Source of the DNA: Candidatus Poribacteria bacterium
GTDB lineage: Bacteria > Poribacteria > WGA-4E > PCPOR2b
Direction of reading: 5' to 3'
NCBI GenBank assembly: GCA_965208675.1
Contig: OZ242351.1
Location: forward strand, 3,680,001 to 3,744,000
DNA length: 64,000 nt
Within the stretch, counting starts at the first letter, position 1; each line of letters begins with the position of its first letter. Shown piece by piece: positions 1 to 10,023 of the stretch. Below the pieces are notes generated by a model. It saw only the letters and a program-made list of their open reading frames with translations. It was not told the DNA's origin and did not search any database. Made by a program: the position numbers and the translations under genes.

Positions 1-373
1 TTTTCTCGTCCGACCGCCCTTCAATCCGCAGCCAATCAAAAATCATCGCCTTATGCGTTCCGCTGCGAAACGCCTCGCCTAGACCGAAGAAGAACATGCC
101 TCCGAATAACGGTGCGACCGAGTTGCTCAACGCAAACGTCACAAAGGACGTGATGTATGCAGAGAACGCGAAAATCATTGCGCGGCGGCGGCCGTAGAGG
201 TCCGCTGCTGCGCCAGACGGCACTTCAAACACATTGGTTACGACCTCACGGAACCCGATCAAGATGCCAATCTGAAAAAATGAAAGCCCCTTCTCGCGAA
301 ATGCGAGAATCAGGAACGGGTCATAGTAGCGTTGATTCTTGAGCGCACCGTAGAGTGAAAAACGAAACAGCAT
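1..373 (-). CDS. MFS transporter (N-terminal part; runs off the window edge)
   Basis: Manual translation from ATG at 373: MLFRFSLYGALKNQRYYDPFLILAFREKGLSFFQIG...FEVPSGAAADLYGRRRAM...GLGEAFRSGT. Contains MFS motif A (GxxADxYGRR). Confidence 0.85.
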   Translation of the reverse strand, partial: MLFRFSLYGALKNQRYYDPFLILAFREKGLSFFQIGILIGFREVVTNVFEVPSGAAADLYGRRRAMIFAFSAYITSFVTFALSNSVAPLFGGMFFFGLGEAFRSGTHKAMIFDWLRIEGRSDEK

Positions 374-910
374 CAGTACCCGCCCCCCTCCTTGCCTGAA
401 GCGTCAAATCCTCTGTCCAACCCGCGTCCCTGTGTATATATTATAACGTGAGTTTGACCGCAATCAAACACAAGTTTCTATTGCCTGAATCGCGAATTAC
501 AGCCATCTACACGCATTCAAAAATTCTCCTTATAAAGTTTATAGTTACCCACAGGTCCAAAAAAGTGAGGGTGATAATAAGCGGCGCGCGATGGTTCAAA
601 TGCCTCTTCCACAGTGGGTAATCATTTTCGGTTCGCTCAAATTTCATTCCCCCGTACATTCAGCACACGCTTGGAACAATTGCCGAATCGCGACATGACA
701 AATAAATGTATACTAGTGATACGTTAAAATTTCAAGGGTTCTTTGGCTCCCATTTCCCCAAGGTCTCCCGATTGAAATATTCTCATCCTTGTCAGCCTCG
801 TCGCTATCCCTCGGCGCGGGCGGCGCATTTAACCCATTGTCATTCCGGTCTCTTACCCATGTGAATTCGACGCCAACCTTGAACGCTCTAGACCTCCACG
901 AAACCGTGAA

Positions 911-1041
911 ATTTCACAGTAAGGATGGCCGGTCAATGGGAAAATGACTGATAGAAATGCAGTTCCAGACTGGATTTAACGCCTCCAAAATCATGTTTCA
1001 ATGTCCGGGTCCGTGTCAATTTACTGTGAAAACTGTGAAAT
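911..1041. mobile_element. MITE-like element, family A, copy 1
   Basis: 10-bp terminal inverted repeat ATTTCACAGT...ACTGTGAAAT. The interior aligns with the reverse complement of 49128..49255. Confidence 0.65.
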
Positions 1042-1501
1042 GTAAATTTGCCGTTCAATAAGTTTTTCCATGACAAACCGCGTTTGCGCAACCATGTTCT
1101 CCTATGCGTCTCGGTGTATGTGAATGACGCGCAGATTCGTTTGTCACGAGAATCATTGAGCAAAGAAGGACGGAACAAATTATCTAGGGCGAAGGCGAAA
1201 TCTCGCATCAGAACGGGATTCCGTTCAAAGGAAGGGTTGTACAGTTCTGAGTTGGGCGTTCAATGACATGAAATTGTCAATGTGTGGCGTAAATATATCA
1301 GTCATGGTATGATGCCCCGCCCCTTTTTTGCCGAAAAAAAATCCACAACCTAATCGGTTTGTTGTGAATCACTGTGAAACCTTTTGAAATGGTGATAATC
1401 GGATTTACCGCTTTTACTCATTACTCATTACGCTATACTCATAACCCTTTTCGCGTCACTCCTGCGAGCATTTTTAGGTTTTTCAAAAACGTGTTTGCGG
1501 C

Positions 1502-3337
1502 TCAATTGAGTAATCCGCCAACCCCCGTCTGTTCTAACTTATGAATCCCCGCTATCCATTCCTGCCGCATTTGTGGGGAATAATCTTGAGGAAGCAATGA
1601 CCTTATGGTGCAATTTGCTAGGGCTTGCAGTGTTTGATATTGCCTGACTGGTCCGATATTCGGGAGAATGCGATCGTCCGCGATTTCAAGAATCTGATCG
1701 AACGATAGCGAACCGTCTTTGGCGGCTGCGCTAAGGTCAGAACGGAGTGAAGCGAAACTTGCCGCGGAATAGCCTTCTGTAGCTTGGAGCAACTTATCCA
1801 TGAACGAATCACTAATTGTTTCGTTGATAATGTCCCGCACTGTCCACCTGATAAACGCTTCCCGATCCCTTCCTTCAGGATCAAGCACCGGTATAATCAT
1901 GTCGCCGACTCTTCCCTCTCGCCGCAAGTCCGGTGATAGATTGTAAATTCTAGCGGTCATCAGCAACCACGTAATGTTGCCCTTGAGTTGGGGGTCTGAC
2001 ATCATCGCCTGTATCCTTCCAGTCAGTCGCCGCTCGGTGGCATGCGATTCTCGTCCGATTTCACCGAATTGCGTGTCCGCCTCATCCACGAAAATCATGA
2101 CTTTAACCAGAGCCGCCAATAAACGCCGGAGACGCTCAAAGATGACATCCGTTTGCCCAAACCACATACTCCTGATGTTTTTTAAAACTAAAACAGGAAT
2201 ATCCAAGTCGCCAGCAAGTCCCTCGAAAATAAACGTCTTCCCGCTTCCAATCGGACCGCACACCGCCGTGCCCGAGATTGCATCCGCTCCAGTTGACGTG
2301 ATGCGAGGTAACAGTTTGGTCTGAATGAAGGAGACCAACCGCTCATTTCCGACCACTGCTTTCAAGCCGTGCGCTGGTTTTTTGAATTCGACGACATCTT
2401 CACCCAACTGGCCCTCAATAAAGTTGGAAACTTTCTCTATGACATCGCCCGGCTGAAGTTTATTTCCTGAGTAGAGCCCCATTATCAGAAGTTGCCGCAG
2501 CGCATGGGTGGAAATCCCCGCTGTCAGTGTAGCAAGTTGCTCCTGTGTTCCCCAGAGTCTCAACCGCTTCTCTTTAGGTTTCTGAATCCGATTAAACCAA
2601 AAAATGAAATGTCGTCGTTCTTCGACGCCGGGCGACGGGATTTCAACGGTCGCGATTTGAGGTAACTGGGTGATTCTGGAGTTCAACAAGCTTTTGGATT
2701 CCGCGATAAATATGACCGTGTCCTCCCCACTCATGAAATCAGGGTCAAGAATCCAATCTTGGACAATGCTGACTCGATGCCTATCCGCTTGGGACAGACT
2801 CTGAATTTCACCTACTGGAAGCAACATGTCAGCCGCTTCAATTATTATCACTAGCCTTTCGCTAAGCAAAATATTGCCACGTGATTCCACTGATCTCGAC
2901 AACAAACATAATTGCCGGAGAAATTCGAGGGCGACCGTTGGGTGCCCAATAGAATCATTCAGATTTGCGTCAAATTGCTCCTGCGCGGATTTTACGGGTT
3001 TATCTGGGATAAGATAGTCAAAGGTGTTTCTGGACAGAGGGTTTTGATCTGAATCTTGCCGCCACAATCCGAAGGATTTTTTAAGTTTTTCCCTGTCGCT
3101 GACTCTCAAAAACCTGATGGGACCATTGAGTTCATAAACCATAAGGATAAACCCTGGCACATCCCAGGTCTTCGTCAAAAGTGAAACTAGCGGAACATAA
3201 TCCCCCTCGTTTTTGGCTTTAGCGCAATAGAAAAGATCGTGATTGTTTCCTGCAAGTATAAGAGTTCTCGACGTTCCTGCGTTGATTATCGTTCCCGTTT
3301 GAGATAGAAACTCATATTTCGGCTTTTTGACGGCTAT
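1502..3337 (-). CDS. AAA+ ATPase with a degenerate N-terminal AAA module and an intact C-terminal module; start likely upstream of the TTG at 3178
   Basis: Walker A GPIGSGKT, Walker B VMIFVDEAD, pore loop SMWFGQT, SRH PDLRREGR. The frame stays open to an ATA at 3337, 7 nt after GGAGGTG. Confidence 0.85.
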   Translation of the reverse strand: MAVKKPKYEFLSQTGTIINAGTSRTLILAGNNHDLFYCAKAKNEGDYVPLVSLLTKTWDVPGFILMVYELNGPIRFLRVSDREKLKKSFGLWRQDSDQNPLSRNTFDYLIPDKPVKSAQEQFDANLNDSIGHPTVALEFLRQLCLLSRSVESRGNILLSERLVIIIEAADMLLPVGEIQSLSQADRHRVSIVQDWILDPDFMSGEDTVIFIAESKSLLNSRITQLPQIATVEIPSPGVEERRHFIFWFNRIQKPKEKRLRLWGTQEQLATLTAGISTHALRQLLIMGLYSGNKLQPGDVIEKVSNFIEGQLGEDVVEFKKPAHGLKAVVGNERLVSFIQTKLLPRITSTGADAISGTAVCGPIGSGKTFIFEGLAGDLDIPVLVLKNIRSMWFGQTDVIFERLRRLLAALVKVMIFVDEADTQFGEIGRESHATERRLTGRIQAMMSDPQLKGNITWLLMTARIYNLSPDLRREGRVGDMIIPVLDPEGRDREAFIRWTVRDIINETISDSFMDKLLQATEGYSAASFASLRSDLSAAAKDGSLSFDQILEIADDRILPNIGPVRQYQTLQALANCTIRSLLPQDYSPQMRQEWIAGIHKLEQTGVGGLLN

Positions 3338-3395
3338 TTGTCGACACCTCCATCTCTCTTTACTATATGGCGTCTGCCAAAAGAAACTCTAAAAT

Positions 3396-4208
3396 CTAAA
3401 ACGTAAAGTTTAGCCCATTGACGATTTCCAAATCATGCTTCTTGACATTAGCGGGCGGTTCATTGTCGTAGCGGAAACCCAACCATGTCGTAAATCCAAG
3501 TTTCTTGGTCAATCGAAATCCGATGCTTCCCTCAAATAGAATCCGGTAATCGGAGAAGCTTGCCGGCTGGAACTGATAGTAGCCCGTTGCAGCGGAGGTT
3601 AGCCGTTCATCAATCCGCCAGGTCCATGTAACGTAATTGGTCGAACGGATAATGTTTGATTCGATTTTTGCTTCGCTTGTGTCATCATTGATGACCTCGT
3701 CTTCCCACATTAGACCGATGCCGATATACGGGTTAAACGCCCTATAGCTTTCCGATTTGGTTACTTCCCTCAACGGCGAAATTCGCAATCCGCCGCCAAC
3801 TAAATTACGGTCCTGCAACCGGATGAAATCGTTGAATTGCTTTTGAGCGAAGGTCTCAACCGCTGCATCTTGACTGACAGTTCGAATACCGCGCAAGTGA
3901 ATCAGACCCTTATCAATAAACGATTTGTTGTCCTTGCTTCCTTGATGGAGGTTTGCCAAAATGAATAGATGGTAATTTTCAGCTAGATAATCCGAACGGA
4001 ATCGGGTTTTCAGTGTCAGCAAATCCGTATTGCCAGCATGAGCCGTGAGATTAAAGGCGATTTTGTTATACCAGCCGTGCCCCAATTCCATCTGCTGTAA
4101 GGTTTCGGCGTCGAAGATATTGACTTGGGCTGATGTGGACCTGCAAAGCGACAATGAACATGCAAAGTATAGCGCACATTCAATTAAAATGACTGCATGT
4201 AACCTCAT
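3396..4208 (-). CDS. DUF481-family outer-membrane beta-barrel protein
   Basis: Signal peptide, AQVNI N-terminus, GNTD motif, amphipathic beta strands, C-terminal Phe (LNFTF). Confidence 0.75.
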   Translation of the reverse strand: MRLHAVILIECALYFACSLSLCRSTSAQVNIFDAETLQQMELGHGWYNKIAFNLTAHAGNTDLLTLKTRFRSDYLAENYHLFILANLHQGSKDNKSFIDKGLIHLRGIRTVSQDAAVETFAQKQFNDFIRLQDRNLVGGGLRISPLREVTKSESYRAFNPYIGIGLMWEDEVINDDTSEAKIESNIIRSTNYVTWTWRIDERLTSAATGYYQFQPASFSDYRILFEGSIGFRLTKKLGFTTWLGFRYDNEPPANVKKHDLEIVNGLNFTF

Positions 4209-4279
4209 GCTTTCCTATTCCTCAATGCGTCCTTGTAACTAGATAGATGTCGAAAACGCAATATATACGGATTGTGTCA

Positions 4280-5107
4280 TTAGACAGGAAGTTTCGATTC
4301 CGTATCAGCCGAGGATTTTCGATCTTCTGCTTGATCGGTTTGTTGCGCCCCAAAAATTAACTCGTCAAACTCGTTGGTCGCCGTCGATTCTCTGGCCGCT
4401 GCAAGATATGTTTCCTCCTCGGTGCGAGAGTCGGTGCCGGCTAATTCTTGAGCAACGTGCGCTCTGCTTTTCGCCTTTTGCCGAACATCCCGCATCCGTG
4501 CAAGTTCCGCTGATGTGCCGTCGGTACTGATGCCGGATAGCATATCGGCAATTTGTTCTTGCTCTCTCGCCGTAATTAAATCGGCGACAGCTTCCGCCTG
4601 TTCCTGCTTGATTTTATCCAAATCTCGATGTAATGCACTGATTTGCGTCATATGCCCGCTAATGTCCTCTTGAGCGCTTTCGATGTCGGCCTCTAGCTCT
4701 TGGATTCGCGCATTTTTTTCTTCCAGCGTTGAATTAAAATCGTTGTAAGCATCAACACAACGCGTGTAGTCAGGATTTTGTTTGATTGAGTCCTGTGCCT
4801 GCCCCTGCTTCTGTAGATCCTCGGCTATACGCTTTGCCTTCGCTAAAGCCCCGGTTTTGAGTCGTTCGAGTCTATCTACATCGTCGGTAAGGTTTTGAAC
4901 AGTTCCCTCTTTACGCTTAACTAGCGACATCAGTTGACCAATTGCCGACTTGTAACGCTGGACATTCGCTTTTTTATCCGCGATAATTTTTTCATACGCC
5001 CCTCTGATAGCTTCAGGGTTTTCCATCACCCTATCGGAAAGCTCGTGGGCTCTGCCTGTAAGCGCATACCACATAGATTTGAAAAGTCTTCCGATTCCAC
5101 TCGCCAT
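4280..5107 (-). CDS. PspA/IM30 (Vipp1)-family coiled-coil protein
   Basis: N-terminal amphipathic helix (GIGRLFKSMW), ENPE motif, long coiled coil, and 'LARMRDVRQKAKSRAHVAQEL' as in PspA helix 4. Confidence 0.75.
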   Translation of the reverse strand: MASGIGRLFKSMWYALTGRAHELSDRVMENPEAIRGAYEKIIADKKANVQRYKSAIGQLMSLVKRKEGTVQNLTDDVDRLERLKTGALAKAKRIAEDLQKQGQAQDSIKQNPDYTRCVDAYNDFNSTLEEKNARIQELEADIESAQEDISGHMTQISALHRDLDKIKQEQAEAVADLITAREQEQIADMLSGISTDGTSAELARMRDVRQKAKSRAHVAQELAGTDSRTEEETYLAAARESTATNEFDELIFGAQQTDQAEDRKSSADTESKLPV

Positions 5108-5755
5108 TTTGCATTCTCCTTCTATCCATGATTAAAGGTTTAACTTTTAATAGCAATTCAAGTTACCAGCCAAGACGCGAAACTTCAATTGGTTCGTTTA
5201 TGGTCACCCCGATACTCCATAGGATACCTGTTATTGCAAGACATTGTACAATATTTGGTTAAGTTTTACAATTGGAATTCCATGTTGACCAGGACCATCT
5301 CACAGAAAAAAAGGGTTGCAATCGAGTGTCTGGCGGTCTCTCCCTTTGGGATGTAGGGACTGAAAGTACGGGTCAATATTCTTTGATTGCGGTGCCAACA
5401 TAGATAGGTAATGTGATATAATTCGCGTCATACTGGCCCATGGGAGTCGAAGATGATTATTGAAAAGCGTTTATCGGCAGCGGATGCGCGGAATCATGGC
5501 GACGCGATTCCGGTGTGTGCGGGGCCTTACCACACGAATGGATGAAAAGCGCGTGGGACGTTCGGGTAGAAACACTGAAACTAGGGGATTCGCTTGCGGG
5601 CCGGTAAACAGGTTTTGATATCAAGCGAATCAAAACTGAGAAGGTCATCGTTTGGGTGGGAATTGGATGTCTAGCAACTGCGGGCGGCGCTTGGATCCCC
5701 TTCTAAACCAAGAGTAACCGTCACCAGATATATTATTTAGATGGAGTAGCGGCCA

Positions 5756-6931
5756 ATTAGACGACGTGATTTCCTCAAACTCATTCCAATAGGCATTTCC
5801 GGTTACTGGTTATCCGGATGTTCAGAGTCGGAAAATCTGCTGAGCGATGCCATTGACGACGATAAAATTACCCTTGGCCCTCTTCGTGCTGAAACTCTTG
5901 TGTCCGGCCTGGATACACCGTGGGACATCGCCTGGGGACCGGACGACTTCATCTGGATGACCGAACGTAGGGGAAGAATTTATCGTGTTGATCCCGCCAA
6001 CGGTCAGGTTGCACAAGTTGCCCAAGTCAGTGTGGTTGAGGTCGGCGAAAGCGGATTAATGGGTATCGCATTCCACCCCGACTTTGATACGCAACCCTTC
6101 GTCTACTTCGCCCATTCCTTTGGCGCACGGAATGCGATTCGGAATCGGCTAGTAAGGATGCGTTTCGATGGCATTTCGCTTGGCAACCCAGAAACTCTGA
6201 TGGACAATATCCCCGGCGCCGCCTTTCACAACGGTTCACGCCTTGCCGTGGGACGAGATCGTTTGCTCTACATGACAACAGGTGATGCCGGAAATCCGGC
6301 TTTATCTCAAAACCTCAACTCTGTTGCTGGGAAGGTGCTTCGCCTTACGTTGGACGGTCAACCGGCGCCGGGCAACCCGTTTGGCACAACCATATATTCT
6401 TACGGGCACCGTAATGCTCAAGGATTGGTCTTTCACCCTGAGACAGACGACCTTTATCTGACGGAACACGGTCCATTTGACAATGACGAGGTTAACCGCG
6501 TGGAGATTGGTCGAAACTATGGGTGGCCAGATGTTAGCGGATTTTGCGACGATGATGTTCGCGGGGAAGGCGACTTCTGCGATAGAAACAACGTCGCCGA
6601 GCCCGTCGCGGCTTGGACGCCCACAATCGCTCCTGGAGGGGCGGATTTCTACAATGCCGATCTCATATCCGGTTGGAAAGGTAGTCTTCTCTTCACCACG
6701 CTCAAGGGTTCGGCGCTAATCAGGCTAACGCTTTCCACAGACGGAGATAGGGTGGTTGGCGAGGAATTCCTTTTTCAGCACGAGTTTGGACGGCTGCGTG
6801 ATGTACTGGCAGCACCCAACGGTCCGATATACCTTGCAACGAGCAACCGCGACGGCCGGGGCAGACCTGCTGCAGATGATGACCGAATCCTGCGAATTGA
6901 ACCGGAGTTGATTGTAAACGAAAATGAGTAG
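5756..6931 (+). CDS. PQQ-dependent sugar (glucose/sorbosone) dehydrogenase, probable Tat-exported lipoprotein
   Basis: PWDIAW, GESGLMG, HNGSRL, YGHRNAQGL, NYGWP and GRLRDV motifs. In-frame upstream extension RRRDFLK...LSGC beyond the GTG at 5900. Confidence 0.9.
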   Translation: MRRRDFLKLIPIGISGYWLSGCSESENLLSDAIDDDKITLGPLRAETLVSGLDTPWDIAWGPDDFIWMTERRGRIYRVDPANGQVAQVAQVSVVEVGESGLMGIAFHPDFDTQPFVYFAHSFGARNAIRNRLVRMRFDGISLGNPETLMDNIPGAAFHNGSRLAVGRDRLLYMTTGDAGNPALSQNLNSVAGKVLRLTLDGQPAPGNPFGTTIYSYGHRNAQGLVFHPETDDLYLTEHGPFDNDEVNRVEIGRNYGWPDVSGFCDDDVRGEGDFCDRNNVAEPVAAWTPTIAPGGADFYNADLISGWKGSLLFTTLKGSALIRLTLSTDGDRVVGEEFLFQHEFGRLRDVLAAPNGPIYLATSNRDGRGRPAADDDRILRIEPELIVNENE

Positions 6932-7021
6932 CGATAAGCGTTTGCCAATTCGCCCGGTCTGGATTTGGTAGTCTAGACGCGCTGCGTCGAATTAAATCGT
7001 TCGGATGTATCGAAATCTAGC

Positions 7022-7063
7022 AGCATCATCCCGAAATTAACAGCCGGATTGCGGGATGACGCT
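7022..7063. terminator. Inverted repeat between convergent genes (terminator or REP-like)
   Basis: AGCATCATCCCG...CGGGATGACGCT; no clear U-tract. Confidence 0.4.
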
Positions 7064-7158
7064 CCTAGTGCGCACTGAACGATTTTCAATCGGCAGATTG
7101 GCAACTCCGATCAGCTACAGTTCGATTGGCATTTGCAGTTTCATCAGAAATCGGAAGA

Positions 7159-9831
7159 TTATTTGAGGATAACCATACGTCTTGCAGAGGAGGAGTCTGT
7201 TGTGTCGAGCTTATAGAAGTATGGATTACTACTGACTCGCTCGCCGCGGTCATTCCGTCCATCCCAATAGGCAGCTTTCTCCCGAGTCAGATAAGAACCA
7301 GCGGCTTGATTCCCCAGTTGAAGTGTACGTATACTGCGTCCGGATGCGTCATAAATGGTAATGGACACATCGGACGCCTCCGCTAGCTTATACGGAATCC
7401 ATGTTTCAGGGTTGAACGGATTTGGGTAATTCTGAAGCACTTGAGTGGTCATCGGCACCAAGTTGGCAAGCGTCGAATGCAATGTTGAGTAAGCCCGCCG
7501 CATATCCTCCAGCGTAATCAGTTTATCTATCTTTCCAAATGGTTCGCCTGAAGTGACGTCAGTCACAATCAAACGCAGTGTATCTCCAACGTGGACTAAT
7601 GGGTTCCGGTTCATATCGGCGAAACCTAACGTCAATCGGGCCCCTGATTCCACGTTCGCGGTTGTAAGCAGGTTGTTCGTTCTGAGGTTTTTCACGGAAA
7701 CATGGTAAGGTCCAGGGTAACCTTCTCCCTCTATCACGCCGTCAACAACAAACGCCCATAGATTTTGCGGTATTGGCGTTGCCGATGGGGCTGCGATGCC
7801 TTCCGCATCCGGTGAATCGCTCCAGCCTGCTCCCGTGAACTTGACATCGCCGCCATTAGGCGTATTGACGATATAACCGCGTCCGCCCTCAATCTGAAAT
7901 CCGTCGCCCGGAGTATCACGAGTCCATGAGACGAATCTGCCTTCGTCAGAGATACTGATTACCATTGTCGCGTTGATAAATTCCATGAAACTTTGAGCGG
8001 TAAACGGTTCCAATGGACGCAAAGGCGGTGAAATAATGTTCAAGCCGTTGTTTAGGGGCACCGTAAACGAGAGTTTGCCGGTAGCTTCCTCCGGCAAAAC
8101 GACATCTTCAACAGACCCATCCAGCGTACTGACCATGGTCGCTAGATTGTTTGTAGCTCGGTGAAAAAACGGCGGCCAAAAACGTCTAACGGCTTGAACC
8201 TTTTCAATCTCTTGCGTCACGGGTGCCGATTCACCCATTGTCAGGAGAATAAATGCGACCCGAAAATCTTTCTGAGAAGAATCTGCATGTGGGATTCGCA
8301 CACCGTTTGCTGCGACAATACCTTCAATGGTAACTTCCTCTTTCTCGCCGCGGAATGAAACGTCTGCCATGGGGTTCAAAAATCGCAAATTACCCCATAA
8401 AGACGGATCGTCGAACGGAGGTGGAATATCTATATCATGGGCGTTAACGACTAGGAACGTCGGATGAACCTCCTCCGGCCTTAACAAGCCCATCAAATAT
8501 AAATCGAGTGGACCGAATATATCCTTCGGGTCTAAAGTAGTGAAAGTCCCATCGCCATTATCGCGAATATCGTTGCCGCCCATGACCGAACCACCGGTAT
8601 GCAGGAAGAAATTCCAATGCGTGCCGCCGCGTCCTAACAACTGGGTTGGATTTAAATCAACTGCCCATCCGTGCCCGAACTCGTGCAACACGACACTCAA
8701 GGTTGAAGTTGCGGAACCGCTCACGTTCTCCAATGGATTGTCAGACCATACCTTTAAATTCTTCATCACGAGAAAAGTTCTCAACCTGCCCTGACTCCCG
8801 TAATCATCGGTATGATCGAAAATCGGAAAAATGCCCTTGCCGGAATAAACGCTGCCAATTCCCAACACATCATTTTTGACGGGGACGGCAAAGGCGAGGA
8901 CGCGAAAGATGTCTAAATCCGATTCAAAATTGGTGAAGAGAACCAAGCTATCAAAATCGTCGCCGTGGCTCTTATAAAACTCTCGTGCAACATTTTGGAT
9001 GTTGACTGTCGCTTTGTCCACGAAAACTTCGGCGATGGCGCCTGCCGATCCTTGAAACGGCAAATCGTCGGAATAGTCGACCAAAGCTGTCTGTGAGGCG
9101 TCGTTAAGCCCCCCGGGGGACAATCCCACAATTCCTGTTCGGACTCTAGACGATTCGAATCGGATGTCGATGACGCCCGTATCGAACAGAACTACCTGCA
9201 TTGTAACTTGTGAGTCAATAGCTTCAAACGTCGGAACATTGAACCAAGTGATTGTAATTTGGCCCGGAGAATCTTTAACTTCGACCGCGGTCGCTTCCTC
9301 ACTAAAGGGCACTGACGATCCAGGGTTCAAATCTGCATACAGCGCACCAATGCGAGGCGGCCCCCCCAAGAAATTTTGCAAATCCCTAGCACGTGGATTG
9401 GTGTCGCCTGTACCGAATGTGAAGTTTCCATCGGAGTTAACGAAGACATCGGTATACCCCTGTCCGAAAAATGTGAACGGGAATCCGATGGCAATCTTTC
9501 TGCTGTCGTCATCGGTCAAATCCAACACCTGGCCGAAAACGGCTTCAAATTCAACCTCATCGGGTCTGGACACATCGTATCCTTCCACAGCATTGGGGGT
9601 AAATCGTAAGCTGCTATTCGCTAAATCGAAAAAGTTTGTGGGTTGGACGAGGTGTTCGTTGCCCTGAATGACTACCACGTGCCCTACATCAGTGGATGTT
9701 GAAGGGAAGCTAACTTCTCGCGCAGCGTTTATTTTCAGTTGTTGATACGGCGAATCGCCCGGTCTTGCTTGGGCATCTACACAGAAGAGAATTAAAAGTA
9801 TTGTGCTCAACGGCACTATTCTTAACTTCAT
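7159..9831 (-). CDS. Secreted zinc metallopeptidase-like protein with nidogen-like region and T9SS type A/FlgD-like C-terminal sorting domain
   Basis: Signal peptide, VLHEFGHGW zinc motif, FGPLDLYLMG, C-terminal QNYPNPFNPETWIPY...YWDGRNDRGERVSS..YFY...RRMVILK. Confidence 0.8.
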   Translation of the reverse strand: MKLRIVPLSTILLILFCVDAQARPGDSPYQQLKINAAREVSFPSTSTDVGHVVVIQGNEHLVQPTNFFDLANSSLRFTPNAVEGYDVSRPDEVEFEAVFGQVLDLTDDDSRKIAIGFPFTFFGQGYTDVFVNSDGNFTFGTGDTNPRARDLQNFLGGPPRIGALYADLNPGSSVPFSEEATAVEVKDSPGQITITWFNVPTFEAIDSQVTMQVVLFDTGVIDIRFESSRVRTGIVGLSPGGLNDASQTALVDYSDDLPFQGSAGAIAEVFVDKATVNIQNVAREFYKSHGDDFDSLVLFTNFESDLDIFRVLAFAVPVKNDVLGIGSVYSGKGIFPIFDHTDDYGSQGRLRTFLVMKNLKVWSDNPLENVSGSATSTLSVVLHEFGHGWAVDLNPTQLLGRGGTHWNFFLHTGGSVMGGNDIRDNGDGTFTTLDPKDIFGPLDLYLMGLLRPEEVHPTFLVVNAHDIDIPPPFDDPSLWGNLRFLNPMADVSFRGEKEEVTIEGIVAANGVRIPHADSSQKDFRVAFILLTMGESAPVTQEIEKVQAVRRFWPPFFHRATNNLATMVSTLDGSVEDVVLPEEATGKLSFTVPLNNGLNIISPPLRPLEPFTAQSFMEFINATMVISISDEGRFVSWTRDTPGDGFQIEGGRGYIVNTPNGGDVKFTGAGWSDSPDAEGIAAPSATPIPQNLWAFVVDGVIEGEGYPGPYHVSVKNLRTNNLLTTANVESGARLTLGFADMNRNPLVHVGDTLRLIVTDVTSGEPFGKIDKLITLEDMRRAYSTLHSTLANLVPMTTQVLQNYPNPFNPETWIPYKLAEASDVSITIYDASGRSIRTLQLGNQAAGSYLTREKAAYWDGRNDRGERVSSNPYFYKLDTTDSSSARRMVILK

Positions 9832-9894
9832 GAAAGTATTCTTCCTTATTTTTTTGCGGTTAATACGAGATTTGTTTCACAGCAATTAGTCTTA

Positions 9895-10023
9895 GAACCT
9901 GTTTGAAAAGTCTAAATTCGTTTTCAAGAAAAACCATTATGTGCCAAACGCCTTGAAAATCCCATGATTTTGACCTTCATATAACCAACAAATGGGTTTG
10001 CCACCTACTTTTCAAACTGGCTC
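9895..10023. mobile_element. IS5-family-like MITE (129 bp)
   Basis: 17-bp TIRs GAACCTGTTTGAAAAGT / ACTTTTCAAACTGGCTC (15/17 match), TTA duplicated on both sides. Confidence 0.75.
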
